From positions 30,657 through 81,267 of the forward strand of contig PS015096.1 in assembly GCA_048213135.1 (NCBI GenBank): a stretch of DNA of 50,611 bases, read 5' to 3'. This document shows, in pieces, positions 1 through 12,997 of the stretch (positions are counted from its first letter, which is position 1; every line of letters begins with the position of its first letter). The notes under the pieces are model-generated. The model saw only the letters and a program-made list of their open reading frames with translations, searched no databases and had not been told where the DNA came from. Both the position numbers and the translations under genes were made by a program. This stretch comes from Reclinomonas americana ATCC 50394 (taxonomy: Eukaryota).

Positions 1-362
1 GTGGCCGCCAGAGACGACGCACCACCCACTGACAACAACAGCGAGCCACCTGCGCCTCCTGCTCCGCCTCCGCCACTCACAGACGATGCCGACGACGATG
101 CGCCTCCCTCCGATGCCGACTTCTTCCCTCCCGCGCCACTGTTTCCGCTGCCGCCTGAGCCTCCGCCCAAGTCCAGCGACGAGGAGAACAGCTCGGCGGG
201 GGAGGCGCGTGAGAGCACCTCGCCGAGCAGCACTCCCGTGTGACGCAGTTCGTCGAGCGCGCGTGAGAGAGCCTCCGTCACTCCGCTGTCGAGCCCCGCC
301 ACGGTGTTGCCCATCATCATCATCCCACCTGCAGCACCGCTGCCAGCACTGCTGGTGGCCAT
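1..362 (-). CDS. TOR: TOR kinase, N-terminal exon on an inverted contig
   Basis: ATG at 362 reads MATSSAGSGAAGGMMMGNTVAGLDSGVTEALSRALDELRHTG..., resembling the first helix of TOR. The frame is open to position 1 and ends in 'AC', which joins 'A CCG TCG' at 1179 (+) in frame with the next TOR segment. Confidence 0.75.
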   Translation of the reverse strand, partial: MATSSAGSGAAGGMMMMGNTVAGLDSGVTEALSRALDELRHTGVLLGEVLSRASPAELFSSSLDLGGGSGGSGNSGAGGKKSASEGGASSSASSVSGGGGAGGAGGSLLLSVGGASSLAA

Positions 363-1178
363 GGCTGTGTGTGGATGAGAGAGAGTGTGTGTGTGGGTGA
401 GGCAAAAGTGTCATGGCGCGCACACGCAGGAGAATCATTTTCCATGTGGCGCGCACCTGCCTGTTGCTGTTAACGCGCCTGGAGGATGAGCTGCACAGGC
501 ACACACAGACACACACGCACGCACGCAGACNNNNNNNNNNNNNNNNNNNNNNNNNNNNNNNNNNNNNNNNNNNNNNNNNNNNNNNNNNNNNNNNNNNNNN
601 NNNNNNNNNNNNNNNNNNNNNNNNNNNNNNNNNNNNNNNNNNNNNNNNNNNNNNNNNNNNNNNNNNNNNNNNNNNNNNNNNNNNNNNNNNNNNNNNNNNN
701 NNNNNNNNNNNNNNNNNNNNNNNNNNNNNNNNNNNNNNNNNNNNNNNNNNNNNNNNNNNNNNNNNNNNNNNNNNNNNNNNNNNNNNNNNNNNNNNNNNNN
801 NNNNNNNNNNNNNNNNNNNNNNNNNNNNNNNNNNNNNNNNNNNNNNNNNNNNNNNNNNNNNNNNNNNNNNNNNNNNNNNNNNNNNNNNNNNNNNNNNNNN
901 NNNNNNNNNNNNNNNNNNNNNNNNNNNNNNNNNNNNNNNNNNNNNNNNNNNNNNNNNNNNNNNNNNNNNNNNNNNNNNNNNNNNNNNNNNNNNNNNNNNN
1001 NNNNNNNNNNNNNNNNNNNNNNNNNNNNNNNNNNNNNNNNNNNNNNNNNNNNNNNNNNNNNNNNNNNNNNNNNNNNNNNNNNNNNNNNNNNNNNNNNNNN
1101 NNNNNNNNNNNNNNNNNNNNNNNNNNNNNNNNNNNNNNNNNNNNNNNNNNNNNNNNNNNNNNNNNNNNNNNNNNNNNN

Positions 1179-4100
1179 ACCGTCGTCGGTGGGCGGCAGT
1201 GGCGACGATGATGATCTGATGTCGGAGGCGAGTGGCGTCGGTGGTGGTGTGAGCAGCAGCGGCGCGTCGGATGCCATGTACTCGGATATGAGTGGCAATG
1301 AGCAGGATCACTTGGGTCACTTTTCGCAGACGTACTTGCATTCGGGACCGCGGCGTCTGCAGATGCTGGTCTGTGTGTGTGTGTGTGTGCTCTCTCTTCT
1401 ATCGGTTTGTGTGCGATGTGTGATGCTCACTGCTCTGCTGATAATGTAGGTGGAGACGGAGCTGCGTGAGCGCTCCTCGGAGGAGTTTGGCAAGTTCATG
1501 CACGAGCTGTACCGTTGCGTGTTGTGTGTTTTGTGTCAATGCCAACGTGGAGAGTGGCTCATATACATGCGCAGGCCGGGTTTTCGATTTGGTGAACAGC
1601 TCAGACAAGAACGATCGAGTGGCCGGCATTCTGGCCATTGGTGTGTTGTTTGTCTCCTTCTACGCCTCGTGAATGTCGTGCTCACAAACTGTCCCGCAGA
1701 CGAGCTGATGGACGTGGACTGTGAGGAGACGGCCAGCAAAGTCACACGATTCGGCAACTATTTGCGCATTCTGCTGCCCAACTCCGACGTCGGTGTGGCG
1801 CGTCTGGCCAGCGCCTGTCTCGGCCGATTGGCGCGTGTGGGTGGCACAGTGACAGCCGACCTGGTGGATATTCAGGCACGTCGCGCTCTCGAGTGGGTGC
1901 TGGCCGACAAGGGGCGAGAGGAAAGTCGCCGACTGAGTGGCCTCCTGGTGCTGACGGAGCTGGCGCGCAACGCGCCAACCATGTTCTACACGCATGTGCG
2001 CGGCTTCTTGGACTCGGTGTGGGCACCACTGCGCGAGAGCTCAGTCACCGTCCGCATCGCTGCCGCTCACGCACTGCAAGCCGTGCTGGCACTCATTGCC
2101 GAGCGCCCGCAAGGTCGTGTGGAGGCGCTCCATTTGCTCTTTGATGAAGTCCAAAAGGTGCGTGCTGTGATGCTGTCGAAGTGCAGGAGCGCGATTCTCA
2201 TCATCAATATATGTGTGTGTATATATGTGCAGGGCTTGAAGAAGAAGAGCGCCGACGCGGTGCACGGCTCGTTGCTGGCCATTGGCGAGCTGTTGGCACG
2301 GTCCGGTGACTTTATGCGCGTGCGCTTTGGCGACGCCTGCGCCATTGTGTTGCAGTATCGCGACCACAAGAATCCGCACGTGCGGCGCGCGGTCATTGGC
2401 CTCATTCCCCAACTGGCGGCCTTTGAGCCGCTCATGTTTGCTCGTGAGGGCCACCTCGACACGGCGATTCGGCACCTGCTGAGCCTCACCAAGGCCTCTT
2501 CATCGTCGTCCTCGACCTCGGCCCAAGAACGCGGACCGGCATTCCTGGCTCTCGGTCGGCTGGTGGAAGCTGTGGGATCGTCGGCGTCGCAGTACCTCGA
2601 CGAAGTCTTTGTGCAGATTCGCGAAGCGCTGGTGATTGTCGGCAACCGGAGCAAGCACAAGATGTTCTGTCCCGAGTCGCTCACGTGCATGGCCATGCTC
2701 GGTCGCGGACTGCCGAAGCTCGTGGCACCGCGCATCCCGCCTCTGCTGGGTTTGTTGTTTTCTCCGCGCGCACACTTTTTTTCGTTTCCAGTGGCATGTT
2801 GCTGTAGCTGACGTGTGCGTGTGCAGACGCCATGTTCTCGCATGGCCTCAGCCGAACGCTGGCCGAGTCACTCAACGAGCTGGTCATTTGCATTTCCGAC
2901 TTGCTGGGCATTGTGCAGGAACGCGTGCTGGACGCGGTCAGCATGTTGCTGGCCGGTGCGCCGTTCCGCTTCTTTGCCGGGCGTGTTGGCAGCTCTCGCA
3001 TACATTCGCACCACTCGCTGAAATCCATCTCGGGTCTGCTGGCTGGTCACGGTGACGACGGTAGTGGCGGCTCATCCGCCGACGGCAACGGCTACGCCGC
3101 CCCTATTCAGGCTCCGCATGATGTTGCGTGGGGAGGAGAGAAGATGTTTCTCGCTTGCACCTCATTGTTTCACACGCGTCCTGCAGTTGGAGGGTGTGGC
3201 CGATGCCACCACACTCATGCTGGCGCTCAACATTCTGCGCACCTTCAATCTCGAGGGACACGTGCTCACCGAGTTTGTGCGCGACTGCGTGGTCAACTTT
3301 TTGGATCACGACATGGCGTTGCGTGTTGCTTGATTTCTGTGCTGCATCTCGCCGCGGCGATTGACCGCCAAAATCCTCCTGCACAGTGGCGTGCGACGAG
3401 AGGCCGCGCTGACGTGCTCCAAGTTGATACTGCCGAGCGATGTGGCAGACGGCGATTCGCGCGGTGGCGGTATGCACCTCGGCCCGTACACGAGCTCAGT
3501 TGTTAGTGACGTGCTGTCGCGGCTGCTGACGGTGGCCATTTCCGACCAAGGTTCAGTGGAATCTGTGCACTTGGTTTTGTGGTGCTGCCGCACTGCCTCA
3601 CCACATCCTCCCGACGCAGATGCCGACATTCGATACTCGGTGCTCGTGAGTCTCGATGTGCGGTTCGACAACTACCTGGCTGTGGCCGACAACCTGCGCT
3701 CGCTGTTTATTGTGTTGAATGACGAGAAATTCCAAGTTGCGATGTCCAGTCCCTTTCCGAATGTCGTGCGTTTTTCTCAATGCGTGTCGAACAGACTCGT
3801 GAGGTGGCGATCGCGGTCATTGGTCGCTTGATCTCCAAGAACCCGGCGTACGTGTTGCCTGGCCTGCGCAAGACGCTGCTGCAGTTGTTGACGGAGCTCG
3901 GTACGTGTGTCCCCTCGTCTCGTTCTGGAGTCCTTTGATGGCCTAACCGCACTGTTTGTATGTACAGAATTCAGCACTGATGTGCTGAGCAAGGAGGAGA
4001 GCGCGCGCATGCTCGGACACCTGATTCGTGCTGCGCCTCGACTCATCAAACCATACGTGCCGACCATTCTCAGGGTTTGTCTGCTGCTGTTGTGCGTTTG

Positions 4101-7100
4101 ACTATCCACGCGCAATGCGCTTTTTCACCTCGCCCCCCGCGCTCCTCGCAGGTCCTGGTCAGCCGTCTCTCTGACCACAACACCACGGTGGCCGCATGTG
4201 TGTTGGGCACGCTGGGCGACTTGTGTGTCGTGGGCGGCACCGACATGCTGGTGTACATTCACCAGCTGCTGCCGCTGATCATTGACACGCTGAAGGACCA
4301 GAGTGCGACCTCGAAGCGCGAAGTTGCGCTGTCGACCCTCGGCAAGCTCGTGCAGAGCACCGGCTACGTCATTTCGCCGTTTTACGAGTACCCGGCGCTC
4401 CTGCCCATTCTGCTCAATCATTTGCGGCGAGAGGAAGACTGGAGCACGAGGCACGAAGTGCTGCGTGTGCTCGGCATTCTCGGTGCACTCGACCCGTTCG
4501 AGCACAAGGTTGGGGAGACTCACAGTGTCCCGTGTGCTGCCTCCTTTTGTTGCTCACCAACGCCCCCTTTGTCCACACACAGAATATCCAGCAAAACTCG
4601 GCGGCTCGTGAGAAAGGTTTATATTTCACATATCAATCGCGCTTGTGCTGTTGCCCTGACGCTCTTGCCCATTCTTTGTCACAGCCACCAACACCGAGCT
4701 CCTGCCGACACTGAGCATGGGTTCGTCGCTCGACGAATTCTACCCCAGCAAGGCCGTCCACGCACTGATGCGCATCCTGCGCGACTCGTCACTGAGCGCG
4801 CACCACCACTCGGTGGTCGTGGCGCTCATGTTCATCTTCCGCGGACTCCAGCTGCGCTCCGTGCAGTTCCTGCCGGATGTGATGCCGGCACTGGTCAGCC
4901 TCGTTCGCACGTGCGAGCCGCAGCTGCGCGACTTTGCCTTCCAGCAACTCGGCATGCTCGTCAGCATTGTGAAGCAGCACATTCGCCCGTACCTCACCGA
5001 TCTCTTCAAGGTTCGCTCATCTCGTGTGCGTGTGGCTCCTGTTTGTTTTTTCGGTACTGACGGCACTTGTGTACGCACAGCTGGTGCACGAGTTCTGGCT
5101 CCCCGGCCTGCTGGTCGAGATTATCGCGCTGGTGGAGCAGATCGCACTGGCGCTGTCGGACGAATTCCGCACGCACCTGCCGGAGCTGGTGCCGCAGATG
5201 CTGAGTGTGATGAGCAGTGTGGATCGCAGTGAGCGGCGATTGCCGACGCTCCGCGTTCTGCGCGCCTTGGAGACTTTCGGTCGTCTGCTGGACGACTACC
5301 TGTACCTGGTGGTGCCGGCGATTCTGCGTTTGATCGAGAGCTCACAGGCCCCAGCCATGGTCCGTCAGCAAGCTGTGCGCACCCTCGGTCGCCTCAGCCG
5401 CGTGCTGCCGTTTGGCGAGTACGCCTCACGTATTGTGCACCCGCTGGCGCGTGTGCTTCAAGACGATCGGAATCCGGGACTGCGACAGGATGCGCTGCAG
5501 GCCATTTGCACCCTATTTGTGCACCTCGGCAGCGACTTTGGCGTGTTTGTGCCCATGGTACGTGTCAACGATTGCTCTTCTTTTCCCCTTCCTTTTTGTT
5601 GCCCTCACGTTTTCGTGGCAACCACCAACAGATCAGCAAGACGCTGAAGATGCAGCGCTTGCCGCACGCGCGGTTCGAGGAACTCGTGTCGCGGCTGCTC
5701 AAGGGACAGGCGCTGGTCGACGACGTCTCGTTGGATCCGTTGCGTGACTCTGCGCTGTGCCGAAAGCAAGGAAATCGCGCCGCTCATTTATTTCGCTCTC
5801 GTGCAGGAATGCGGATACGGATCTCGGCAGCGAGTCATCATCCGGTGCCTCGTCTGTGGTGGACGATGCCGTGGAGATCAGCTCGTACAAGAAGTTGCCA
5901 GTCAATGAGCAGAACCTGAAGCGAGGTTTGAACTGCATGCCGTGTCATGCCTGGCTGGCTTCCTTTTGCTTGCTTTCTCACCTCCTGCGCAGCGTGGGAG
6001 GCTTCACAACGCAGTACGCGTGACGACTGGGCCGAGTGGCTGCGTCGCTTCTCAGTGTGGCTGCTGAAGGAGAGCCCGTCGCCAGCACTGCGTTCGTGCT
6101 GCGCTCTCGCGCAAGTGTACCATCCACTGGCGCGTGAGCTGTTCAACGCCGGCTTTGTGTCGTGCTGGAACGAGCTGCAGGAGCAGTACCAGGCCGAAGT
6201 CGTGTGCGCGCTGGAGCAGGTGACGATTCTGCACGCACTACACTTGCTGTCTGCTCCTTTGTTGCCTTGCTGACAAGTGTCTGTCTCCCTCCCTCCTTAG
6301 GCGTTTTCGTCGCCCAACTTGCCGTCAGACGTGCTGCAAACGTTGCTGAATCTGGCCGAATTTATGGAGCACGACGAGAAGCCGCTGCCGATCGACATTC
6401 GTGCCCTCGGTGCGCTGGCCGATCGTTGCCAGGCCTACGCCAAGGCTCTTCACTACAAGGAGCTGGAGTTCCAACAGCAGCAGCAGCAACACTTGGTCCC
6501 TGCGCCAGCCGGTGCGTGGCTTGCCAGTCGTCTATTGTTGTCTGCGTGCACGATTACTGACACACTCTCTCTCTTTGTGTGCCAAAGGCACCAGCACGGT
6601 GAGCGCCATGGCTGAGAGTGTGGAGGCCTTGATCACCATCAACAACCACCTGGACCTGCACGAGGCCGCCATGGGCATTCTGGTGTACGCACAGCGTTCG
6701 CTCAATGTGCCCATGACGGAGACGTGGTACGAGAAGCTGCAGCGATGGGAAGGTGCGTGTCGCCAGGCGATGACAAATGGTTGAATGCGCACTCGTGCCA
6801 AACGCTGACTGCTCGTGACAGATGCGCTGCGACTGTACGAGCAAAAGGAGGCGGACGAGGGTGAAAAGTTGGAGTATGTGCTCGGCCAGATGCGCTGTTT
6901 GGAGGCGCTCGGCGAGTGGGAGCAGCTGCACGACCTGGCGTCGCGCTACTGGCGTATTTCGTCGATTGAGGGCGCGCCGGCACCGACGCCGGCCAGTGAC
7001 CCCCGCCGATCGTCGGCCGCATTACTGCCGCCGACCTTGCTGATCGACGAGACGGCTCGTGAGGTGGCCGCCATGGGTGCTGCCGCTGCGTGGCACTTGG

Positions 7101-7639
7101 GCCAGTGGGAAGACGTCCGTGAGTACGTGACGTCGGGCGCACTGAGCTCGTCGTCGCCAGTGGGCGATCCGCGTGCGTCCCTGTACGCCGCGCTGTTGGC
7201 TGTGCGCGACGACGACCAGCGCGCACTACGTGTCCATGTTGAACGCACCCGCTCGTTGCTGGACACGGAAGTGAGCGCGTTGGTACGCGAGTCCTACAGC
7301 CGCGCCTACAGCCTCGTGCTTCGTCTGCACCAGCTGATTGATTTGGAGGAAATGGCGTCGTACCGGCGATCGGCACCGGACCGGCAGGCGCAGATGCGCC
7401 AGATCTGGACGAAGCGATTGCTCGGCGCGCAGAGAAATGTGGAGCACTGGCAGGACTTGTTGTCGACTCGTGCGCTTGTGATCCCGCCGTCGCAGGATCT
7501 GGACGTGTGGCTCAAGTTTGTGTCTCTCTGCCGCAAGACCGACAAGGTCCGCCTGGCGCAGAACACTCTGGCGTCGCTGACCGGCTTTGATGCGATGCAA
7601 GAGCCGCGTCGTTTGCTCGGCACCGACATTGATCCGAAG
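1179..7639 (+). CDS. TOR: TOR kinase, HEAT repeats and first part of FAT domain (21 GT-AG introns)
   Basis: Spliced reading gives TOR motifs: [96 protein letters not shown]. Confidence 0.97.
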
Positions 7640-7696
7640 GTTTGTTGATGAAAGAGGTGTCTGTCTGTACACGCTATCAGTCGCCTTGCTGACCAC

Positions 7697-7818
<122 letters not shown>

Positions 7819-8347
7819 NNNNNNNNNNNNNNNNNNNNNNNNNNNNNNNNNNNNNNNNNNNNNNNNNNNNNNNNNNNNNNNNNNNNNNNNNNNNNNNNNN
7901 NNNNNNNNNNNNNNNNNNNNNNNNNNNNNNNNNNNNNNNNNNNNNNNNNNNNNNNNNNNNNNNNNNNNNNNNNNNNNNNNNNNNNNNNNNNNNNNNNNNN
8001 NNNNNNNNNNNNNNNNNNNNNNNNNNNNNNNNNNNNNNNNNNNNNNNNNNNNNNNNNNNNNNNNNNNNNNNNNNNNNNNNNNNNNNNNNNNNNNNNNNNN
8101 NNNNNNNNNNNNNNNNNNNNNNNNNNNNNNNNNNNNNNNNNNNNNNNNNNNNNNNNNNNNNNNNNNNNNNNNNNNNNNNNNNNNNNNNNNNNNNNNNNNN
8201 NNNNNNNNNNNNNNNNNNNNNNNNNNNNNNNNNNNNNNNNNNNNNNNNNNNNNNNNNNNNNNNNNNNNNNNNNNNNNNNNNNNNNNNNNNNNNNNNNNNN
8301 NNNNNNNNNNNNNCCTCCCCCTCTCTTTCCCTCGCACACACACGTAC

Positions 8348-9403
8348 CTCCTCCAATCCCTCGTGCCACATCTCGTGCCACAAGATTGCCACACGAATTA
8401 GCTCTTCGGACACCAGCATGGCTTGATCGACCAGCCGTGAACTGTGCTGCCGCATGTCGCTCAGCACCTCGGCAGCAGCGTCTCTCCGTTCGGCATTGGC
8501 ACTCTGTGCATCAAGTGAGCAACCAAAAAGTCCGCTTGTGCTGCCGCACTCTCACGGAGACGAAAGGGCGAACGAACCTTGGCAGCGACTGTCACCGGAT
8601 ACACCAGCGCCTGCGGGTGTTCCTTGCCGATGCGCGACAACAGGTTCATCACCAAGTCGCGAATCGGTTGTACGTGCGTGTGGATACGAGCCATGAGCTG
8701 CGGGATGACCGCCAACCAGGTCTCCACCGGCAACGCATCAAAGCCCTCCAGCAGTGCCCGCCGTACACCCTCCTGCTCGCCGTGTTGGAACCACACACCC
8801 AGCAGGCGCAAAATGTCCTGCAGTGTTGCGCGGCCATCCCGCGAGAGCGACACCGATCGCACGTAGCCTTGCACACATTGCACCGTATGCGGCTCAATGT
8901 CGGTGGTCGGCGCATTCGAGCGTCGCTTCTTGGCCGTGCTCGCTTCACGTTCGTACAAGTGCACGATCTGTTTGCCAACGGCTAAAAAGTGAGCACTGCC
9001 GATCAATGTGAAAAACTGCGCAGTCGATCTTTCCGTACCTGCGAGTTGGCAAGCGCCCACAAATGCCACGCCTTGTGCCAGTCGGGATCGAGCTGTGTGG
9101 CCTGCGTGTACAACGCAAGCACTCTTTTCAAGTCGTCCTCCTGCAGCGAGAGATGCAGCGTGTCAGAGGCGTGGACAAGTTTGTGTATGTAAAGAGTAGG
9201 AGAGACGCAACCGATTGCTCCTCTGTCACGTGCTCCTCCCATGTGCCGAGCAATACGCAGCACCGTGCGCGCAGCTTGTTGGGCGTGTGCGGGCGAGATA
9301 CAAAGTCCTTCATCATGGAGAGCGCCAGCGGCTGCAAGTCATTCTCGTCGTCGACGTTCTGACTGCCGAGGCTCCACATGAATTGCAAGTATGACACAAT
9401 GAT
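8348..9403 (-). CDS. TOR: TOR kinase, C-terminal FAT to start of FRB (inverted contig)
   Basis: [67 protein letters not shown]. Confidence 0.95.
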
Positions 9404-9747
9404 CTGTGGCAAAACACACANNNNNNNNNNNNNNNNNNNNNNNNNNNNNNNNNNNNNNNNNNNNNNNNNNNNNNNNNNNNNNNNNNNNNNNNNNNNNNNN
9501 NNNNNNNNNNNNNNNNNNNNNNNNNNNNNNNNNNNNNNNNNNNNNNNNNNNNNNNNNNNNNNNNNNNNNNNNNNNNNNNNNNNNNNNNNNNNNNNNNNNN
9601 NNNNNNNNNNNNNNNNNNNNNNNNNNNNNNNNNNNNNNNNNNNNNNNNNNNNNNNNNNNNNNNNNNNNNNNNNNNNNNNNNNNNNNNNNNNNNNNNNNNN
9701 NNNNNNNNNNNNNNNNNNNNNNNNNNNNNNNNNNNNNNNNNNNNNNN

Positions 9748-10900
9748 TAGCCGACCATGCTCATCACGGCCAGTGACCTTGTGTAGTTCGTGCGCCGATC
9801 GAGCCACACCTGACGCGCGCGGCAGAGTCAGTGGAGACAGCGAAGGGCAGCAAAGAAACACTGACAAACCTCAGAGTTGCGGCTCTTCAACCATAACACC
9901 TTGTACAGATCCTGGCCGGTGGTGTTGGCCAGTGCATACTCAAACACCTCGACCTTCTGAATCAGCGTCAAGTGGTCAAAGTCTGGCGCCATCTGCAGCA
10001 TGAAGCGGTGCTCGACGTTGAGCAGAATCTTGCGCGACTCGCGGTACTCCTTGATCAGTGCGTGCAGCGTGTCGCAGTTGGGCACCCAGCCAATGAGACC
10101 GGCGTTGTTGGAGAGCGGGATGACCGAGTAGCGCTTGATGTTGAGATCGCGACGCGAGGTTTCTCGGTCGTGTGTCAGCAGCGTGTTGACGAGGCCAAAG
10201 AGCTGCATCACACGCTCGTCGAGACGCAGATCCTCGTGGCCCTTGAGCAAGAAGGTGTGTTCCTTGCCGTCGCTTCCGTAAATGGTCAGCTTGCGCGGCC
10301 GCTGCTTGGAGGCGATGACATTCAGCACTGGCGAGAAGCCAGAGATGCGTACCACCTCCTGACCCGCATTGTACATGCCTAGAACAGAGATCACGCAGTG
10401 AGTCAAGATGCGCGCAAAGGGAGAATGAGGCAGTGCGAACCGGGCACAGAAATGTCGAGATTCTTGGCCTCCTGTCCCAACTTGGGCGACACATACTGCA
10501 GCTCCAGTGTGGTCATTTGTTGCAGTTGCTTGGTGATGCGACGGAACACCTGCGTGCACAGATTTCAGTTCGTCGTTTCTTGACGTGTATGTAAAGGCAC
10601 ACACGCGTCCACGCAACATGATAGTACAAGTCCCAGGCCTGGTTGAGGTCGGATTCCTTCTTCGAGCGCTCGTATTTCTGCACAGTTCTTTTGGTGAGCT
10701 GCAAGAGACGCGGGAACATCACCAACAGGATGAAGAAGACTCGCCTTGCACCACTCGTGTGCTTCCTGCAGATCGCGACCAAAGGCCTGCTGGAAGGAAA
10801 CCTCGCGAAGTGTCACTGCCTTGTCCATCATTTCATGAAGCGGCTCCAGCTGCGCGAACATGCCCTGCACATTATGCTCGCCAAAGTACAACCTTGATGC
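9748..10900 (-). CDS. TOR: TOR kinase, FRB and N-terminal part of the kinase domain (inverted contig)
   Basis: [11 protein letters not shown]...[62 protein letters not shown]. Contains one GC-AG intron (donor 10744). Confidence 0.97.
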
Positions 10901-11786
10901 CTGCAGCCAGTGAAGGTGAGAACAACATCTCTCTCTCNNNNNNNNNNNNNNNNNNNNNNNNNNNNNNNNNNNNNNNNNNNNNNNNNNNNNNNNNNNNNNN
11001 NNNNNNNNNNNNNNNNNNNNNNNNNNNNNNNNNNNNNNNNNNNNNNNNNNNNNNNNNNNNNNNNNNNNNNNNNNNNNNNNNNNNNNNNNNNNNNNNNNNN
11101 NNNNNNNNNNNNNNNNNNNNNNNNNNNNNNNNNNNNNNNNNNNNNNNNNNNNNNNNNNNNNNNNNNNNNNNNNNNNNNNNNNNNNNNNNNNNNNNNNNNN
11201 NNNNNNNNNNNNNNNNNNNNNNNNNNNNNNNNNNNNNNNNNNNNNNNNNNNNNNNNNNNNNNNNNNNNNNNNNNNNNNNNNNNNNNNNNNNNNNNNNNNN
11301 NNNNNNNNNNNNNNNNNNNNNNNNNNNNNNNNNNNNNNNNNNNNNNNNNNNNNNNNNNNNNNNNNNNNNNNNNNNNNNNNNNNNNNNNNNNNNNNNNNNN
11401 NNNNNNNNNNNNNNNNNNNNNNNNNNNNNNNNNNNNNNNNNNNNNNNNNNNNNNNNNNNNNNNNNNNNNNNNNNNNNNNNNNNNNNNNNNNNNNNNNNNN
11501 NNNNNNNNNNNNNNNNNNNNNNNNNNNNNNNNNNNNNNNNNNNNNNNNNNNNNNNNNNNNNNNNNNNNNNNNNNNNNNNNNNNNNNNNNNNNNNNNNNNN
11601 NNNNNNNNNNNNNNNNNNNNNNNNNNNNNNNNNNNNNNNNNNNNNNNNNNNNNNNNNNNNNNNNNNNNNNNNNNNNNNNNNNNNNNNNNNNNNNNNNNNN
11701 NNNNNNNNNNNNNNNNNNNNNNNNNNNNNNNNNNNNNNNNNNNNNNNNNNNNNNNNNNNNNNNNNNNNNNNNNNNNNNNNNNNNNN

Positions 11787-12857
11787 CATTCTTGGTCTCG
11801 GCGACAGACATCCCTCCAATCTGCTGCTCGATCGGCACTCGGGCAAGGTCATCCATATTGACTTTGGCGATTGCTTCGAGGTGGCCATGAAGCGCGAAAA
11901 GTACCCAGAGAAGATCCCATTCCGCCTCACGCGCATGCTGGTCAACGCCATGGAGGTGCGTGTGCCGTTTTTTTCCTCTTCCTATCTCAAGCTCCAATGC
12001 TCACAAATGTATGTGTGCCACTTGCAGGTGTCCGGCATCGAGGGCACCTTCCGCAGCACGTGCGAGAGTGTAATGCGTGTGATTCGCGACAACAAGGTGA
12101 TGCATTATCCGTCGTTGTTGTGTGTGAAGTGGATGGTGGTGAATGCTGACCGAGGGGACTGTGTGTTTGTTTGTGAACAGGACTCCATCATGGCCATGCT
12201 GGAGGCCTTTGTGTACGACCCGCTGATTTCATGGCGTCTGCTGACGCAAAAGAACGTACCACAACACAGTTCAACTGGCGGCTCCGGAGCCTCGGGAGCC
12301 TCCGGCAGCATGGGCACGCCGGTGGCCGGCGGCTCAGGCTCTGGCGGTTTGGCCGGAATGATGGTGTCGAGCGGTGGTGCCAGCTCTGGGCGACCCACGC
12401 TGGCCGAGTTGCAAGCGGAAATGGCCTCGTCTCGTTGCGTTGGCGAACACGTGAGCGCTCTTGTGTGTCTGTGCCGGAAGCTGACAGCGGAGTGTTTTTT
12501 TTTTGTGGAAACAGACGAGGGCAGCCTCGGACACATGCCACGCAGTGTGCGCGAGCGCGAGCTGCGCGAGGCGCACGGCGAGGAGGGACTGGGTGCACGC
12601 GAAGAGGACATTAACGAGAAGGCCATGTCGGTCATCCAGAGAATCACCAACAAACTTAATGGTCGCGACTTTAACGCGCAACCACTTGGCGTCGCCGAGC
12701 AGGTTGATCGACTAATTTTGCAAGCACGCAGCCACGAAAACTTGTGCGAGTGTTACATTGGGTGAGTGTCAGTCAGTGGAGAGAGTGTCACCCATCCGCC
12801 CCCCTTTGCTCACTTGCTTCCTCGTCGCATCCTCGCAGATGGTGTCCGTTCTGGTGA
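11787..12857 (+). CDS. TOR: TOR kinase, remainder of kinase domain and FATC
   Basis: ILGLGDRHPSN, HIDFGDCFE, PFRLTRML, LEAFVYDPLISWRL, ENLCECYIG|WCPFW followed by TGA at 12855-12857. Confidence 0.98.
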
Positions 12858-12997
12858 AGTGCATGTGTGTGTGCAAAGAGAAACAGACTTAAAAAAACAT
12901 TCCATTTTGTCATTTACTACTGAACGAGAAAAAACAGTGGGGAGGCGGGGGGAAGGAGGAAAGACAGGGAGAAGAAAGACGTGAGTGTATAAAGCTG

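Noticed and set aside
8314-10937. Ciliate-like gene scrambling or trans-splicing of TOR
   Set aside because: All inversions coincide with N gaps, no pointer repeats are visible, and the joins are base-perfect. A scaffolding artefact is simpler.
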